A DNA stretch of 64,000 nt from Tubiluchus corallicola (GCA_030141605.1 JAQGDQ010000260.1:1-64000); one strand, 5' to 3'; positions 1 to 12,448 are shown, numbered from the stretch's first letter. Notes: generated from the sequence alone by a model not told the origin. Program-made: numbers and translations.

Positions 1-2989
1 CATCTGGTAACCCTATCTGCAGCACTTAATAATAACAACACAAACAAACAAACACACAGACGAACAGCAAATAAATATGCATAACACAAATTACGAGTAA
101 AAATACTGCTATAACAGTAACCATCTCGTCGCTCGCGAATGGTGGTACTCATGCAACTGGTTCCATGACGATGCGATAACTGCATCTATACTACGTAATA
201 TAGCAGACCCACCAAAAGCACATCATTATGTGACTATACGAACTTAGATTACCATCATCAGTATATCTATCTACACCTACGTGCAATGAAAATATTCAGC
301 AATATAATTCCTGGCAGATTCTGACGGTTGGAGGTGAGGATCCAGAGAGATGTATCCCCACCAGTGGTGGCCACACTTCAAAGACAAAACTCACAGAAGT
401 ACAAAAAAGACAATAACGAAAATAGAAATCACGACAGATAGGAGTCATCAAGAGAATATTAACTGTAGCAAAACAATAAAATTACAGTTATCTGAATCAC
501 CGCTGATATGTCGGTGGCGTTTACCTTTTTAATTTTGTTAGAAATTAATTACAGTGTTTCTTAAAATAATTAATCACGCGTAAAATATGATTTGGAACGT
601 TTGAGTTACTTAGTTTCATTTTTACTACCGAAGAAACAAATAGAAAAGATGCTGCTATGTTTGACAGTTGGCAAGGCCTGTTAACTGGAAGACGCCTTAT
701 CTTTTTCAACCGTTTTAGCTTCACTGAATAGTGAGTACAGTTTTTACTGGTACTGTCCTGAAAGTTAGAATGATCAGAATTAGAGTCAAAGTGCAAATTT
801 TTTTTCTGTTATTCGTTAATGAAAAGTACTCACAATAATTACAAACTCAAACGTGAAGTAAGAGTACTCATAAATGAAAACGTATTAGTTGGGAGCTCAC
901 ATTACGTTCGTTCCTCTACACTCCCTATAGCTGAATGACCGGAGAAACACTTCTTTACAAACTCTCAAGAAATCTTAGATCCGGCACTTGTATATTTTTA
1001 AGAAGTGTCAGTTTATTTAGCAAGTTAAAAACTAAGTCTATGAACCTTGTAATGTAACCATCTCTTATCACTAGCTTTAAATTAGTTTTAAGACTTATTA
1101 AGCATTGGGAGCTTGCAACACTCTATAGCACAATGTTGCCATCTGTCGGTGCTAAAATTATAACATTAAACTATAGAAGCCACCATATCAGGTAAATGAT
1201 AAACTTTAAACAGTGAAAATGAAAGAAGTTAAAGGGGCTCAGCAGTGCGACTCGTAACAAATTCGATTCTAACAGAGCAATAATGCGTATCGATAACTGT
1301 AAATACAAATCGCGATAAGAAAACAATGGGGAAAGCTCACTGATACCATCAACAAAAACTACAAAATTACACGAATAACAGTAAAAGTTTACTGCTATGT
1401 AGATTAATCATTGTGCTTCGCAATAATAGGCTAGCCGAGTGATAAAAAGTAGGCTGAACAACACTAGGAAGTAATGCGCCGAAAGTAAATCTGCTACGAG
1501 AAACAGAGCTACAGAAATGTGTTTTAAGCAAATAAAGCGGCCTCCTTTTATTATTTTGACTATACTTGCGTTATGTCTGACAGACTCATAAAGAAACTTT
1601 GAAACATCATTAAGCCTACAGTAAAAACAGTAGGATAATTAATGATTATAATTAATGTCAAGATTATTATTACTGGTGGTAGAAACCCAAAATAACTGAA
1701 TTTTGATACCAAACCTGAAAGATAAGAAATGTGAAAAGTTGGAATACAACCGGGAGTTGAACCATGGACTTTCTACTTATGCCTAGGCTGCTAGGTCATT
1801 CAGCACTTCCATGGAAGACCGATCGCTCATACTAGACTAATTCTAACTAATCACATTAATTTTTTATTTTGATTAACATTAAGCCTGACGTGAGTGATTA
1901 TTATAATCTTAATGCCAGTGTTACTTTGGGACTAACTTTCGATGCCTTGACCTCTGGGGGATCACAATCAAACCTCTAATACACTACTTAGGCATGCAAA
2001 TGAATTTTTTGCCTGCAAAAACAAACTAATCGCTAAGATCAGTCGAGCAAACTAACCCAAAGTAAAAATACTCATTTCCAGAGGTTTGCTCAGTGTTTTG
2101 TAAACACTGATATAGGCTATAATCACATGCAATAATCGCAGCATAGACCCTTAACGCTTCTCAACTACGTTTATGCTACCTATTATTACAACATGAAACA
2201 GTATTAATTATTTTCTGCAGTTTAAGAACCGTTTGTGCGTTGTAATACATGTGTATGCAAACCTGTCATGATTATTGTCATTAATTCTAATTTAGTTCAT
2301 TAAATTTTGCGCATAATGGCGCAACTGAACTACTAACTTTTACTCATGAGCTACCTGGCAGAGGAAGAGCAACCGCCCGTCTAAGAAATTTGTTGACCTA
2401 ACCCCCATCTTGTTCGGCCAGAATGCGTGGTTTTTGACAGGACGTTCGTGAACCTATCACGGTCGATTATGGTCCATTATTCGCGAATAAAGCATAAAAG
2501 GAAACAGTGTTTAGCTGTATTAATACAGTGGCTATTATAGTAGCCCAATCAGGAAGCATATTTAAGAGATTTGACGATCGGCGGGCGCATCGCCTGCTGG
2601 AGCGTAACGCCAAAGACCCTGCTGAGCAGACAGCGAAGGTGTGGACGGAAAAGCGAGGACAACATAACATCGAAAGTTGGGATAAGTTTTGCAGAAGCAG
2701 TAGATCGTCAGAACAGAATTACTGACTATAGAAAACTGTGCGCATTTCAGTTAACTTTTTATGACTATTTTATGCAAGGAAAATCGAAACTTTTCTCTTA
2801 TAGTTGAACTCTCGTGTATGTTCTAAAATTTAATATGAAAGAAAAGTGACTGAAGACAAAGGGGAAGTCTTATTTTCAAAATATTGTGAAATAAAGGAAC
2901 TAAGCGACGGGCTGATTTATTATCAGTAGGCAATAGCTAGAATTGTCTTGAGATCTGAAGTAGAACGTGTGCCATCATTGACTCAGACG

Positions 2990-5900
2990 ATGGGTTCAAC
3001 AAAGGAACTTCTTTACATCTTCTGTTTCCTTGGAGTGGTAACCTTAGTGCATGGTGCGTGTGAAGACATTTCCAAGTTAACTTTTCCACAAAGAGTTTAC
3101 TATTCTCAGGTGGTGCTACACGTGGAGGTGCTGAATCACTTCAGTGACAATTATAATTCCGGGGAGGATGTTTTCGCTGCTCAATTAAAAGTCCTCTGTA
3201 TCCTAAAGTCTGGACCACTGGCAATAGGACCAGTGATAAACATAACCGGTGCAGGTAATTTCGCAAGTTTCATTCAGAGCTAAGCCTATTTTATCTGAAG
3301 TTGTAATCATGCAGGGTCAGAGCTTCTTATAAGGAACAATGACTGGGTGCCAAGGAAGTCTGGGGGTTCTCTCGCCCCTGTCGTGTGAAATATCCGTTTT
3401 TGAAGGAAAAATTTTGAATTTTTCCTTCAGAAACGGATATTTCTGGACTATTTCGAGTGTCACCTTTCAAAAAGGCTTTTCACTTTAAATATGCGATGTG
3501 AATTCATAGAACACAGAAAAATTATGAGAAATACAACCATATATCTACCAAACCGACAAATTACACTCCACATAACATCTGAACAAGGCCTCTAAGACAA
3601 GCTCATAACATATTGTCCTTGCAGAAGAATATAGTTCTTCAACACTGGAGCGAACATAAACTTGCTGCCGTTCCTACAATTATAATTCTGGGAAGTGTGT
3701 TTTTGCTGCTCAATTAAAAGTCCTCTGCATCCTAAAGTCTGAACCACTGGCAATAGGACCACTAGTTTGGCTGTCCAATATTCAGAGTTATACAAGAATG
3801 CAGGTTGCACAAGTGATGGCAGAATATGTAGTTTAGTTTCTGTAGTAAGATTCGAATTTCAAAAATGTTTGTGAGCTTAGAATACTAAGTTATGTGATAG
3901 GGAAATTGGAACGATCCAATTATAACACATTATTTTTTACGTCATCATGATGTCACATTGATAATACAGTAGTACAGGTTTATTTTGAATATTTGCTAGC
4001 ATAATTTACAGCCTAACAGTATATTTCTATTGCCCTGCTTCTTTTCGAACGCTCCGAATCTATATGAGATGGCCTGCTCAATTATAAGGAAAAATAATAT
4101 TGTTTTACTGCTGTTACTTGACATTTCTCATATGTCGATGCCTGACTAAGTCACTTATATGAGAGTAATGTGCTCTTTACCTTTTCTAACGTTACTGCAG
4201 CTTTGGAACATGTGGGGTGTGTTAGCACATGGTGCCCACGTAGATAACGTATATCGCAATAAGTTGTAACAAAATGTTTAACATTATGCAAGGACAAATT
4301 GCAACAATTATACAAAGAAGCAAGGTATAACTATAAAACAACGTAGGACATCAGACTATAATAAATCCAATTAATCTGTTAAACCATGCAATGTCTTAAC
4401 TTGATACACGTTTTGCACGGTACCAGCCTTGTGGACATGGCGCTGAACTTGTAATTCAAAGATTCCTAGATAAATTTCAGACAGAGTCCCGATTTTTTCC
4501 TAATCACTGAAACTAATGCTACAATTATTAGTACATATATGAATAATGAATAATGGACTTGGACACAATAATGAAGCCCAAAATCTATGTAGCACAGACA
4601 AGGCTACATCACTTACATTTCAATAGTATCGTTCACGTCAGGGCGATATTTACTGTTAATCGCTCTTTTAAAGCGACATGGCCTTTTACGAACAAGCTAC
4701 TGACGGGACCGGATGTTCGAACCCAGTAACAGAACTGAAGCGCCTCCAGACAAAGTTACAAAACCAACAGGCAACAGTGCTTATGAGCTAAGTTGGTTAA
4801 AGTTTACAATGGTTAGGCTAAGTTAGGATTTGGGTTGGGTTAGGGCTAGGGTATGAGTTAGAGTTAGTGTTGGGGTTAGGGCTAGTGCTGAGGTTAGGGT
4901 TTGGGTTGGGGTTAGAGTTAGAGTTAGGATTAGGGTTGGAGTCAAGGTTAAGGTTAGGAGATTTAAGTTGTGTGTAAAATCGTTCAGTTTTCTATGAGAC
5001 AAACAAGCTGACAAACAAGCAAGCCAGTTAGATAGGAATCAGCGAACAAAGATAAACAAACAAATGAATTCCTAATTCATTCCTAACTAATAAGGAGATC
5101 AACAGTCGACAACTAAGTGATATTTTAAACTGGTAACACGAGTGTGGAAATCGAATGTGGAAAATTGAAGGTATTAACTGCTACCATTTTCCCCTTGGCT
5201 TAAAATACTGTTTCTATTTATCTGAAACAAAGGTTTCTTTGATGGGGAACCTGTGAGGTTAATCCTGTTAAACAACGAACAGATTTAATTCCGGGGTGAA
5301 AGCGATGATTAGGGGAGGTTTATTAAAGAGATGGAAAACAATAAACATGTGTTGCGCACTGTACAGAACACTTAATTTCTTGTAGGACTAATCGGAATTT
5401 TGACATAATGCGTTATTCATTCATGAGACAGCTATTCAGTACTTTTTTTGCAAAAACTCTTATATATAGAATTTGTTTCTTGCTTGACGTTTAACAACGA
5501 TATTTAGATATTTTCAAATAATACGAATTCGTGAAATCTATGTAGGTAACTCGATGTTAAGCACTGTAGATTACCAGTTAAGTCTATGTAAACTGCAGTA
5601 TGCCTTAATCAATGTAGGCCTTCCAATGAAATCTCAGTAGATAACTCGATGTTCTAAGCAACGTATAGGCCTACCAGTGAAATCTCTGTAGACAACAGAA
5701 TGCTTTAATCAACGTACGCCTACCAGTGCAGTCTCAGTAGATAACAGAATGGTTTAATCTATGTAGGCCTACCAGTGAAGTCTCTCTAGATAACAGAATG
5801 GCTTAATCAATGTAGGCCTACCAGTGAAGTCTCTGTAGATAACAGAATGGCTTATTCAATGTAGGCCTACCAGTGAAGTCTCTGTAGATAACAGAATGGC

Positions 5901-8900
5901 TTAATCAATGTAGCCAATGTCAATGTAGATAACTTGATGTATATACTATGTGCAAGCAACAAGTCATATTTACACTAAGTCTAAAATTAATATAGAACCA
6001 GATTTTTAAACTGAAAAAATGCAACATTGTCAGAGTAATTTCAAAATAACTGTAGAATAACTTCAGAATAATTGCGGGTCTGTTTTGAAATTTGATTAAT
6101 TTGTACTTTTATTTGAATTAACAACATTTCATTACACTTGAGCCGAATATCCTATTAACACATCTGGTAGGCGACAGGATTATAGAGTTTGCGACCTTGC
6201 GTAACCCTTAGCGAAACTTTAATTATTAATTAACAATAGGTAGCTAGCTAAGTGTCACAGTGCATGTCTGCGTGTGAAGTAAAGACCTGACAAGGAAATT
6301 GAATGAAAGACGTCCACAAAAACAGATTCTAAGTGCTTTCGTTGATTTGATTATGTTTCAATACTGCCACAACCGTCAAAATCAGTTTGTACCTTGAAGG
6401 CCACTGGCCTTGTTCAGCGCGGTGTGAGTAAAAAAATTCAATAGTCAGACATTTATGAATTGAAGTATTTTCGTTTTATAAATTATTCGGTTAAGCCTAA
6501 AAGCCTGATTATTAACAGGCACCGGTAGCATAACAATGTTTATAACCAGGAAACGAGACGTGATTAAACCAATAAAAGTTAAGCCCACGATGCCTTGTCC
6601 TAATACTATAATATGCATTATACAGTGTAAATTCATTGCTCCAGCTGCTATGCTCTACTAGTATTACAGCTGTTCAGTAATGTTCATTTCAGTGGTTTAA
6701 GTGAAATTTGTTAAACACAAAGCCAATTTCTTTCGCCCATCTTCCGGTTTAATTCACAAAAAGTGTTATGCAGATTATATAATAATTATAATTGTAGGGG
6801 TAAGCTTATAAAAAAACCACGCCATTCACCCCCAATTCTGTTATAATTGCTATCAATAGATTCGAACCATTTTGTATACAAAAAAGTTTCATATACAAAG
6901 TTTCAAATTTGGAATAATTGTTGTTATAAGTTAGCAAATATGCAATATTTTCACAACTTCTCAGAAATGTTTACGAAACCACATTTTCAGTGTACATGGT
7001 TTCAGAAATGTTTTGGTAACTTATATGAAATGATCTCCGAGAATTGCAAGACAGGTTTTTTTGGGACATTCTATTGCTGCTGCTATTGCACATGTATATG
7101 CGCAGGCATGTACTGTTTCAAAGAATGTTTCAAAGAGCATTGTGTATGGTAAGATTTTCGTTTATATCGTAGGGTTCATTACGTTTCCCGGTTCAAAATC
7201 CTGCGGGAATAACAAAGCAACGTCTGTTCAGAAAAAAAACAGAACATGCCAGCGATGAGTAATTAGTTCACACGTGAAAAAACATTAAAGGATACTGCTC
7301 GACCAGTGCTGTAGTGCTCTTTAACTTCTGCAAATAGACGGCGCTATTGTGTTACATTTACAAAAGTCATTAAAAGACAGGATGTACAAAAGTTTCGCTT
7401 TTTGGCTGTTATAATAATGGTGTCGAGTCCGTTCTTGCCATGAAAAGTTCTGCAGTTAAAAAAGAAAAAATAGACTACCGTCACACTGAGCATAAATAAC
7501 TATATAATATTGGCATATAGAGGTCCGGACGACAGCAAACCCATGGCTGGACATGAAGTCATTATGACCAAATATTTATTTTGACATTTTTTTATCTTGT
7601 GACCTTGATCTTTGAGTTTTCGAAACCAAAAGTCACGAATTTCCAAGTGTTGCCCAGACCTGCCACAGTGGCAAGTATGTTGATTAGGGTTTCATTCCTT
7701 TTGATTTTATATGTGTTTTTTATCCGTGACCTTGACCTTTGAATTTTCAAACCCAAAATTCAAAGAGTTACCAGCCCTTACTTAGACCAATCACTGTGCC
7801 AGGTTTGGTGATTATGGCGTCATTCATTTTGATTTTATTGTGGGGAGGGATACGTAGACGTACGCGACTAAACGCCTTAGCTATACGCTCCAATTATTGT
7901 TAACGTAGGTAACGACAGTGAGCATGTGTATAATAATGAAGACGACGTGAATCTTGTCGGTTATAATTTGAATTTAATTGGATTTACTATTGCTGAGTCA
8001 GATTTATTAGCTATACGAGCAAACCTTAATCTTCAAATAAAATAAGTTTAATCCGTCTGTTCGTCTTCGTTCTACCGTTAAACTGGGTCTATTAAATAAA
8101 TGTGATCCTTGGCTGACTAAAAAGCAGACTGCTGCTTTTGCAAAGTAGTACAGCCGTCAATCAGCACCTGTTAAAAAGTTACAAAGTCCAAGCCACTGTC
8201 ACTTTGACAATATAAGACGACAACTACTGTGCTAGATTCGATGCTCATCATCAGAAGATTTTTGTTAAACGAGAACACAAAAACGAACCTATTTATTAAT
8301 CTTCTGTGTACATTAATTATTTCATCAGATTACCCGAGGCGTCATATTTGAATTGTTTATGTCAAATAGGAACTGAAGTATTCTGAATCTAAAGCCACCA
8401 CGTAGGCCATTTTTGATTCATACATAGGCCAAACACGTCTCATTGATGCAAATCATAACATAATATATATACACATTATGTATTATGTGTATAAATATTT
8501 ATTTATAATTATAATTTTTAATACATATTTATTATATGTATAATTATATACATCATTATATATTATATAATTATATATATATATATATATCAACATACTA
8601 AGTACATTAAAGTACTCCCTTATGGATAATAGTAGCTAGACTCGTCAAAATAGTTTGCAAGAGTTTTACGTAGGTGCATAAATACGACGTTCGTTTCAGT
8701 TAAATCAGTTATAGTTGTTGTCAGTTTACTTGTTGCTGTTGGTTTACTGTGAATATCCGCGACACGTATTGCAAATAACTCCACAAAGCTGTTCATTTCG
8801 CCGTGTTATTGTTTTCGTTTTCGTGTCATTCATGTAATGCAAAACTTTGCCATTTACTCATCATGAGGCAAACAATGCACGAAAAATTTTCGCCAAAATT

Positions 8901-11235
8901 TGGATTCCATGGCTGCTGTAAATGCATATGAAGTACTTGTTATTTATTTTTATTTCGTCACACTTCGAAGTAATTAACTTACCTTCTTAATTGCAAATTA
9001 TGTGAACTATTATGTTTGTCGGCAGTGTTGAGAAATTAAAATCATTTTTTACGCATTGTCTTTAATGTGTGGTACGACTTACGACCTTTTTCTTTGAGCA
9101 ATAAGGAAAGTTTGTTTGCAAATTTGATTAAATTCACCGGTTTTTCAAAAATAGATTGAAGTTTTTGAATTTTGATAATTGGCTTGTGTACGATAAACGT
9201 CAGTAAGCAGCTTACCTCTTTACGTCTCTCCCCACATTCATGTTTTTATTGTTTTATACTTTATTTTTAATGTATGTTTTAATAAATGTGAGATAAAATA
9301 AAAAACAAAATAAATAAATAAATAAATGAATACTAAACAGTAAATGGTGTCCTAACGTTGGTCATACAAAAGCTAAACAAGCGAGCAACTCAGTCTGTCG
9401 CATTCCGGATTCGTGGCATCTCGATATGCATACTATTATACACACAGAAAAATAAATAAATTTTGTCAGTCCATTTGATTATGTTTTTCATATGTATTGC
9501 ATTATTACAGTTACAGAACTGAATTTTAAAAAAATAAAAAAAATGAGATCCCGAAAAATTTTCTACAAGAGCACTCGCTGATGGGACAAAAAGTAACTAC
9601 ACACACCCTAAAACTGTATATTCGTAGAAAGAATAAAAAAGCTTTTGAGTTGCTCAAGTATGGAGTTTCTTAATCAATTCAGTAAATGACGAGTCTTTGG
9701 TCACTGTTTTAAAAATGAATTGAAGTTTTTGAATTTTGATAAATGGCTTGTGTACGATAGACGTATGTATGTAGCTTGTCTCTTTTCGTCTCTCCCCACA
9801 TACATGTTTTTGTTGTTTTGTAGTTTATTTTATAATGTATATTTTTAATGAATGTGAAATAAAATAAATAAATAAAATAAAATGGTCATAAAGCAGTTTG
9901 TGGTCGATCTAGAAATTTACATGGCGTTTTGATCATATCATTGGTGCGATGAACAATATGACGCTGTGATTCGTGAGACACATTTCGTTTAGCTAAAAGT
10001 ATTTCTAACAAATTGCAACGTATTTTCTAGGTGATATGGGATTGTGTCACACCAATGAATACACGGTGGGACGACGGTACATTTCGTTCTTGTACCTGAA
10101 TAACAACCGTTTAGAGCCCAATGATCAAGAAGCGCCGGCAACGGCAGCCTTACTTGAACAAGCCGCCTCCGTGTGCGGCATTGAGGGACGAAAACCAGAC
10201 TGGCCGGACGGTAAGTGCTTTTTGTTTGATTTTTTTTAACGTAAAGATGGGAGACGTCAACTCAACTCATACTAGCATACAGTTTTTACACTGCATGTTG
10301 AATGCACCTTAAGAGCTTGTAACTTTAAGAAATCATTACATATTATGTATGACGTCTTTTGTATACTGTATTTATAATGCTGAATGGGTCCACTTTATGT
10401 AGATGTAGATCCACTCCTACGGAGAGAGATTGAGCAAGTGCCGTGTCCACAAAAACCGGATTGGATCCAGTGCACGGATGGAAGAATAAATGCTCCACTC
10501 CACGGGTTTGGCCGAGGAGGTTCGCCTGGACGTGGTCCGGTGGTAGATGATACAGAAATTGCAAGAGGGCGAGGGATTCCTTCTGGTAGAGGAGAACATC
10601 AGAAGTCACCCCCAACACCAAGATACTATCCCACAGATGGTATGGTGTATGAAAGCGATGGCATGTATAATGGTCGGGGATCCACAAACCAGAGACGTGA
10701 TCCGCTGCAGAATTCCCCTGATCGAATACCAGGACGGCCGTCACTCAGCGCACCGAATTTCGGGAGTCAGCCACCGGATCGTGGGATGGCATCAAAGGGT
10801 CCTGGCAGAGGCCCAGCTGATACTGAAAGACGTCCGTCGGATGTAGGACGAAGTCCATCAGATCTGGGACGTGGCCCAACGACCATAGACGACTTCCTCA
10901 ATCCAGGCCATCACGACGGCGACGTACGAAATAAGGCAACGCCCACTTATAAGTACAATCCTCACAGTCCCACACCCCCACCCCCAAGGTTTCCAGATAA
11001 ACACTTCACATCGCCCCCTAAGACCCCAGTCATATCAGACTACCCAATGAATGAACTACCCAACGATTACGTACAGGGTGACCAGTACAGGCCAAAACAG
11101 AAATACCCGCGGTCAGATAATAACAACTACTATTCAGGGGGAGGGTACAGCAGAAATTTCAATGCCGCTTCGAAAACTGGATGTGAACTTTTTGCGATAA
11201 TTCTAATAACTGTTTTATCGTGGATATTACTATAA
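2990..11235 (+). CDS. Secreted, probably GPI-anchored protein with an N-terminal NtA (agrin N-terminal)/CCDC3-like domain and a Pro/Gly/Arg-rich stalk; 3 exons, ~425 aa
   Basis: Exons 2990-3254, 10031-10210 and 10403-11235 (alternative in-frame acceptor 10409). Both introns are phase-1 GT-AG and the frame is continuous. Signal peptide MGSTKELLYIFCFLGVVTLVHGA|C. Domain pattern C..YSQVVLHVEVL..VFAAQLKVLCILK..INITGAGDMGLCHTNEYTVGRRYISFL resembles NtA/CCDC3 N-termini. The C-terminus NAASKTGCELFAIILITVLSWILL* looks like a GPI signal. Confidence 0.75.
3387..3443. repeat. Near-perfect 57-bp palindrome (27-bp arms, 3-nt loop)
   Basis: GAAATATCCGTTTTTGAAGGAAAAATT-ttg-AATTTTTCCTTCAGAAACGGATATTTC, 26/27 complementary. 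Confidence 0.85.
3676..3761 (+). pseudogene. Partial duplicate of coding exon 1 (copy of 3147-3232) inside intron 1
   Basis: 86-bp ungapped alignment to 3147-3232 with 7 mismatches, counted by eye. Confidence 0.85.
3766..3884 (-). mobile_element. RTE-type LINE reverse-transcriptase fragment (same family as 62371-63030)
   Basis: Near-identical to 62769-62887. The minus strand encodes ..[11 protein letters not shown], a typical post-RT motif of RTE-clade ORFs. Confidence 0.75.
4801..4990. repeat. Degenerate telomere-like (TTAGGG-variant) hexamer array within a mini-element
   Basis: About 25 hexamers (GTTAGG/GTTGGG/GTTAGA). The flanks AGTTTACAAT.. and ..ATTTAAGTTGTGTG resemble the ends of elements at 50980, 58630 and 61124. 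Confidence 0.7.
5540..5940. repeat. 49-bp minisatellite, ~8 copies
   Basis: Unit ATGTAGGCCTACCAGTGAAGTCTCTGTAGATAACAGAATGGCTTAATCA starts at 5761, 5810 and 5859, with more diverged copies upstream. Confidence 0.85.
7590..7835. repeat. Interspersed repeat with two GTGACCTTGACCTTTGA-type subunits (~125 bp each)
   Basis: TTTTATC..GTGACCTTGA(T/C)CTTTGA..TTTTC..AACC..AAA.. and ..CATTC..TTTGATTTTAT each occur twice. Confidence 0.55.
9157..9330 (+). repeat. Probable LINE/SINE 3' end with (AAAT)n tail, copy 1
   Basis: TTGAAGTTTTTGAATTTTGATAA..GTCTCTCCCCACAT..(AAAT)n; repeated at 9720-9882. Confidence 0.6.
9720..9882 (+). repeat. Probable LINE/SINE 3' end with A-rich tail, copy 2
   Basis: Direct repeat of 9157-9330. 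Confidence 0.6.
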
Positions 11236-11917
11236 TCATTAGATCGTTTTTTGGGTTCACTCACACAAAAACTGCAATGATAACAAGGCAACTTAAGCCA
11301 AGAAGTTTGGTGAAAACACCTTCACAGATACAAAGGAATATTCGCATTTTTTAAAGCAATATAGTAAACTGATTTAAATTTTTATAATTATTGACTGTAC
11401 AACTCCTTAATTACATATATAATACTGTACTGTTAACTCACCTTTGCAGCTACCCCTATCATTTTGACTATTGTTATGGCTTTAATTTTGGTAGCCGTTG
11501 TGAAAGAAACCCAAAACTGGGTTATTTCATACACCCAAGCTCTAAACAACCTTTTTGTGGTACTTGCACTTTAACTACAAAACTTATAACGATTTGATAC
11601 ATTATATACACTTACAGAGAACAAAAACATAGGCATCTATAACTAAGGGTACTAGCATCAGGCTGTAGAAAAACTCAGTATTTGCAGACTTGTTTCTAAT
11701 AAATCCAGTCTATATTTCGTTCTTCAATAGCCTTAATACACGTTTGGATGGCTCCTTTAAACTGATTAACTGTAACTGCTTCCTTGGCCCTTCGGGGTAA
11801 ACCATTCCCTGGCTGAAATTATCTATGGCCGAAAAAATATTGTCTTAAACCCAGCTTTACTCTTTTCTTGTACAGTTGTAACTGATGTCTTCGCATCATC
11901 CTAAGTAATGAGCATTC

Positions 11918-12217
11918 TCTCTGATAGCAAATTCACAAGTGTGAACTGCTTTGCGAGTTACTGTCGACAAGAAAATGCAAATTCTCTTTCACCAATTGAA
12001 CGCTATTGCGAGTTACTAGGCGAGAAACTTCGGTAGTCTGAACGCTATTGCGAGTTACTTGGCGAGAAACTCACTAGTCTGAACGCTATTGTGAGTTACT
12101 TGGCGAGAACCTCACTAGTCTGAACACTATTGCGAGTTACTTGGCGAGAAACTCACTAGTCTGAACGCTCTTGCGAGTTACTTGGAGAGAAACTTCGGTA
12201 GTCTGAATACGCCGTAA
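11918..12217. mobile_element. Harbinger/PIF-like MITE with an internal 41-42-bp tandem array (5 copies, 11997-12203)
   Basis: Unit TGAACGCTATTGCGAGTTACTTGGCGAGAAACTCACTAGTC starts at 11997, 12039, 12080, 12121 and 12162. The end GTCTGAATACGCCGTAA is approximately the reverse complement of the left end of the related element at 45111. Confidence 0.65.
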
Positions 12218-12448
12218 AGATTTTTCTCATACTCAGAATGGCAGATGTATGAACATATTCAAGACGAAACTTTATATTTTGTAAACTATGACAATGGAAC
12301 TCATCAGCTCGACACCAATTACAGCCAAAGGCAAGGTTTATGACAAACTAATTGCATATAAGCAGTTTCATAAATACGAGCTTTTGGTAAAATTGGTGCT
12401 CAGTTCCAGGTGGTCTTGTAAATAGTCACTTTAAATACACTCACGAGC

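Noticed and set aside
350-2807. Short ORFs at the window start and other 60-140-aa ORFs in introns or antisense to LIS1/RIOK2
   Set aside because: No recognisable domains or consistent splice structure, and many start at non-ATG codons. They are expected background or shadow ORFs. 2507-2807 is more likely the 5'UTR/promoter of the NtA-like gene.
11997-12203. CRISPR-like appearance of regularly spaced repeats
   Set aside because: Units are contiguous with no unique spacers, there are no cas genes, the context is eukaryotic, and the array sits inside a MITE. The same lack of spacers applies to 5540-5940.
12240-12315. Hammerhead ribozyme (CTGATGAG on the minus strand, GACGAAAC nearby)
   Set aside because: The two core motifs are on opposite strands, so they cannot form a hammerhead core.
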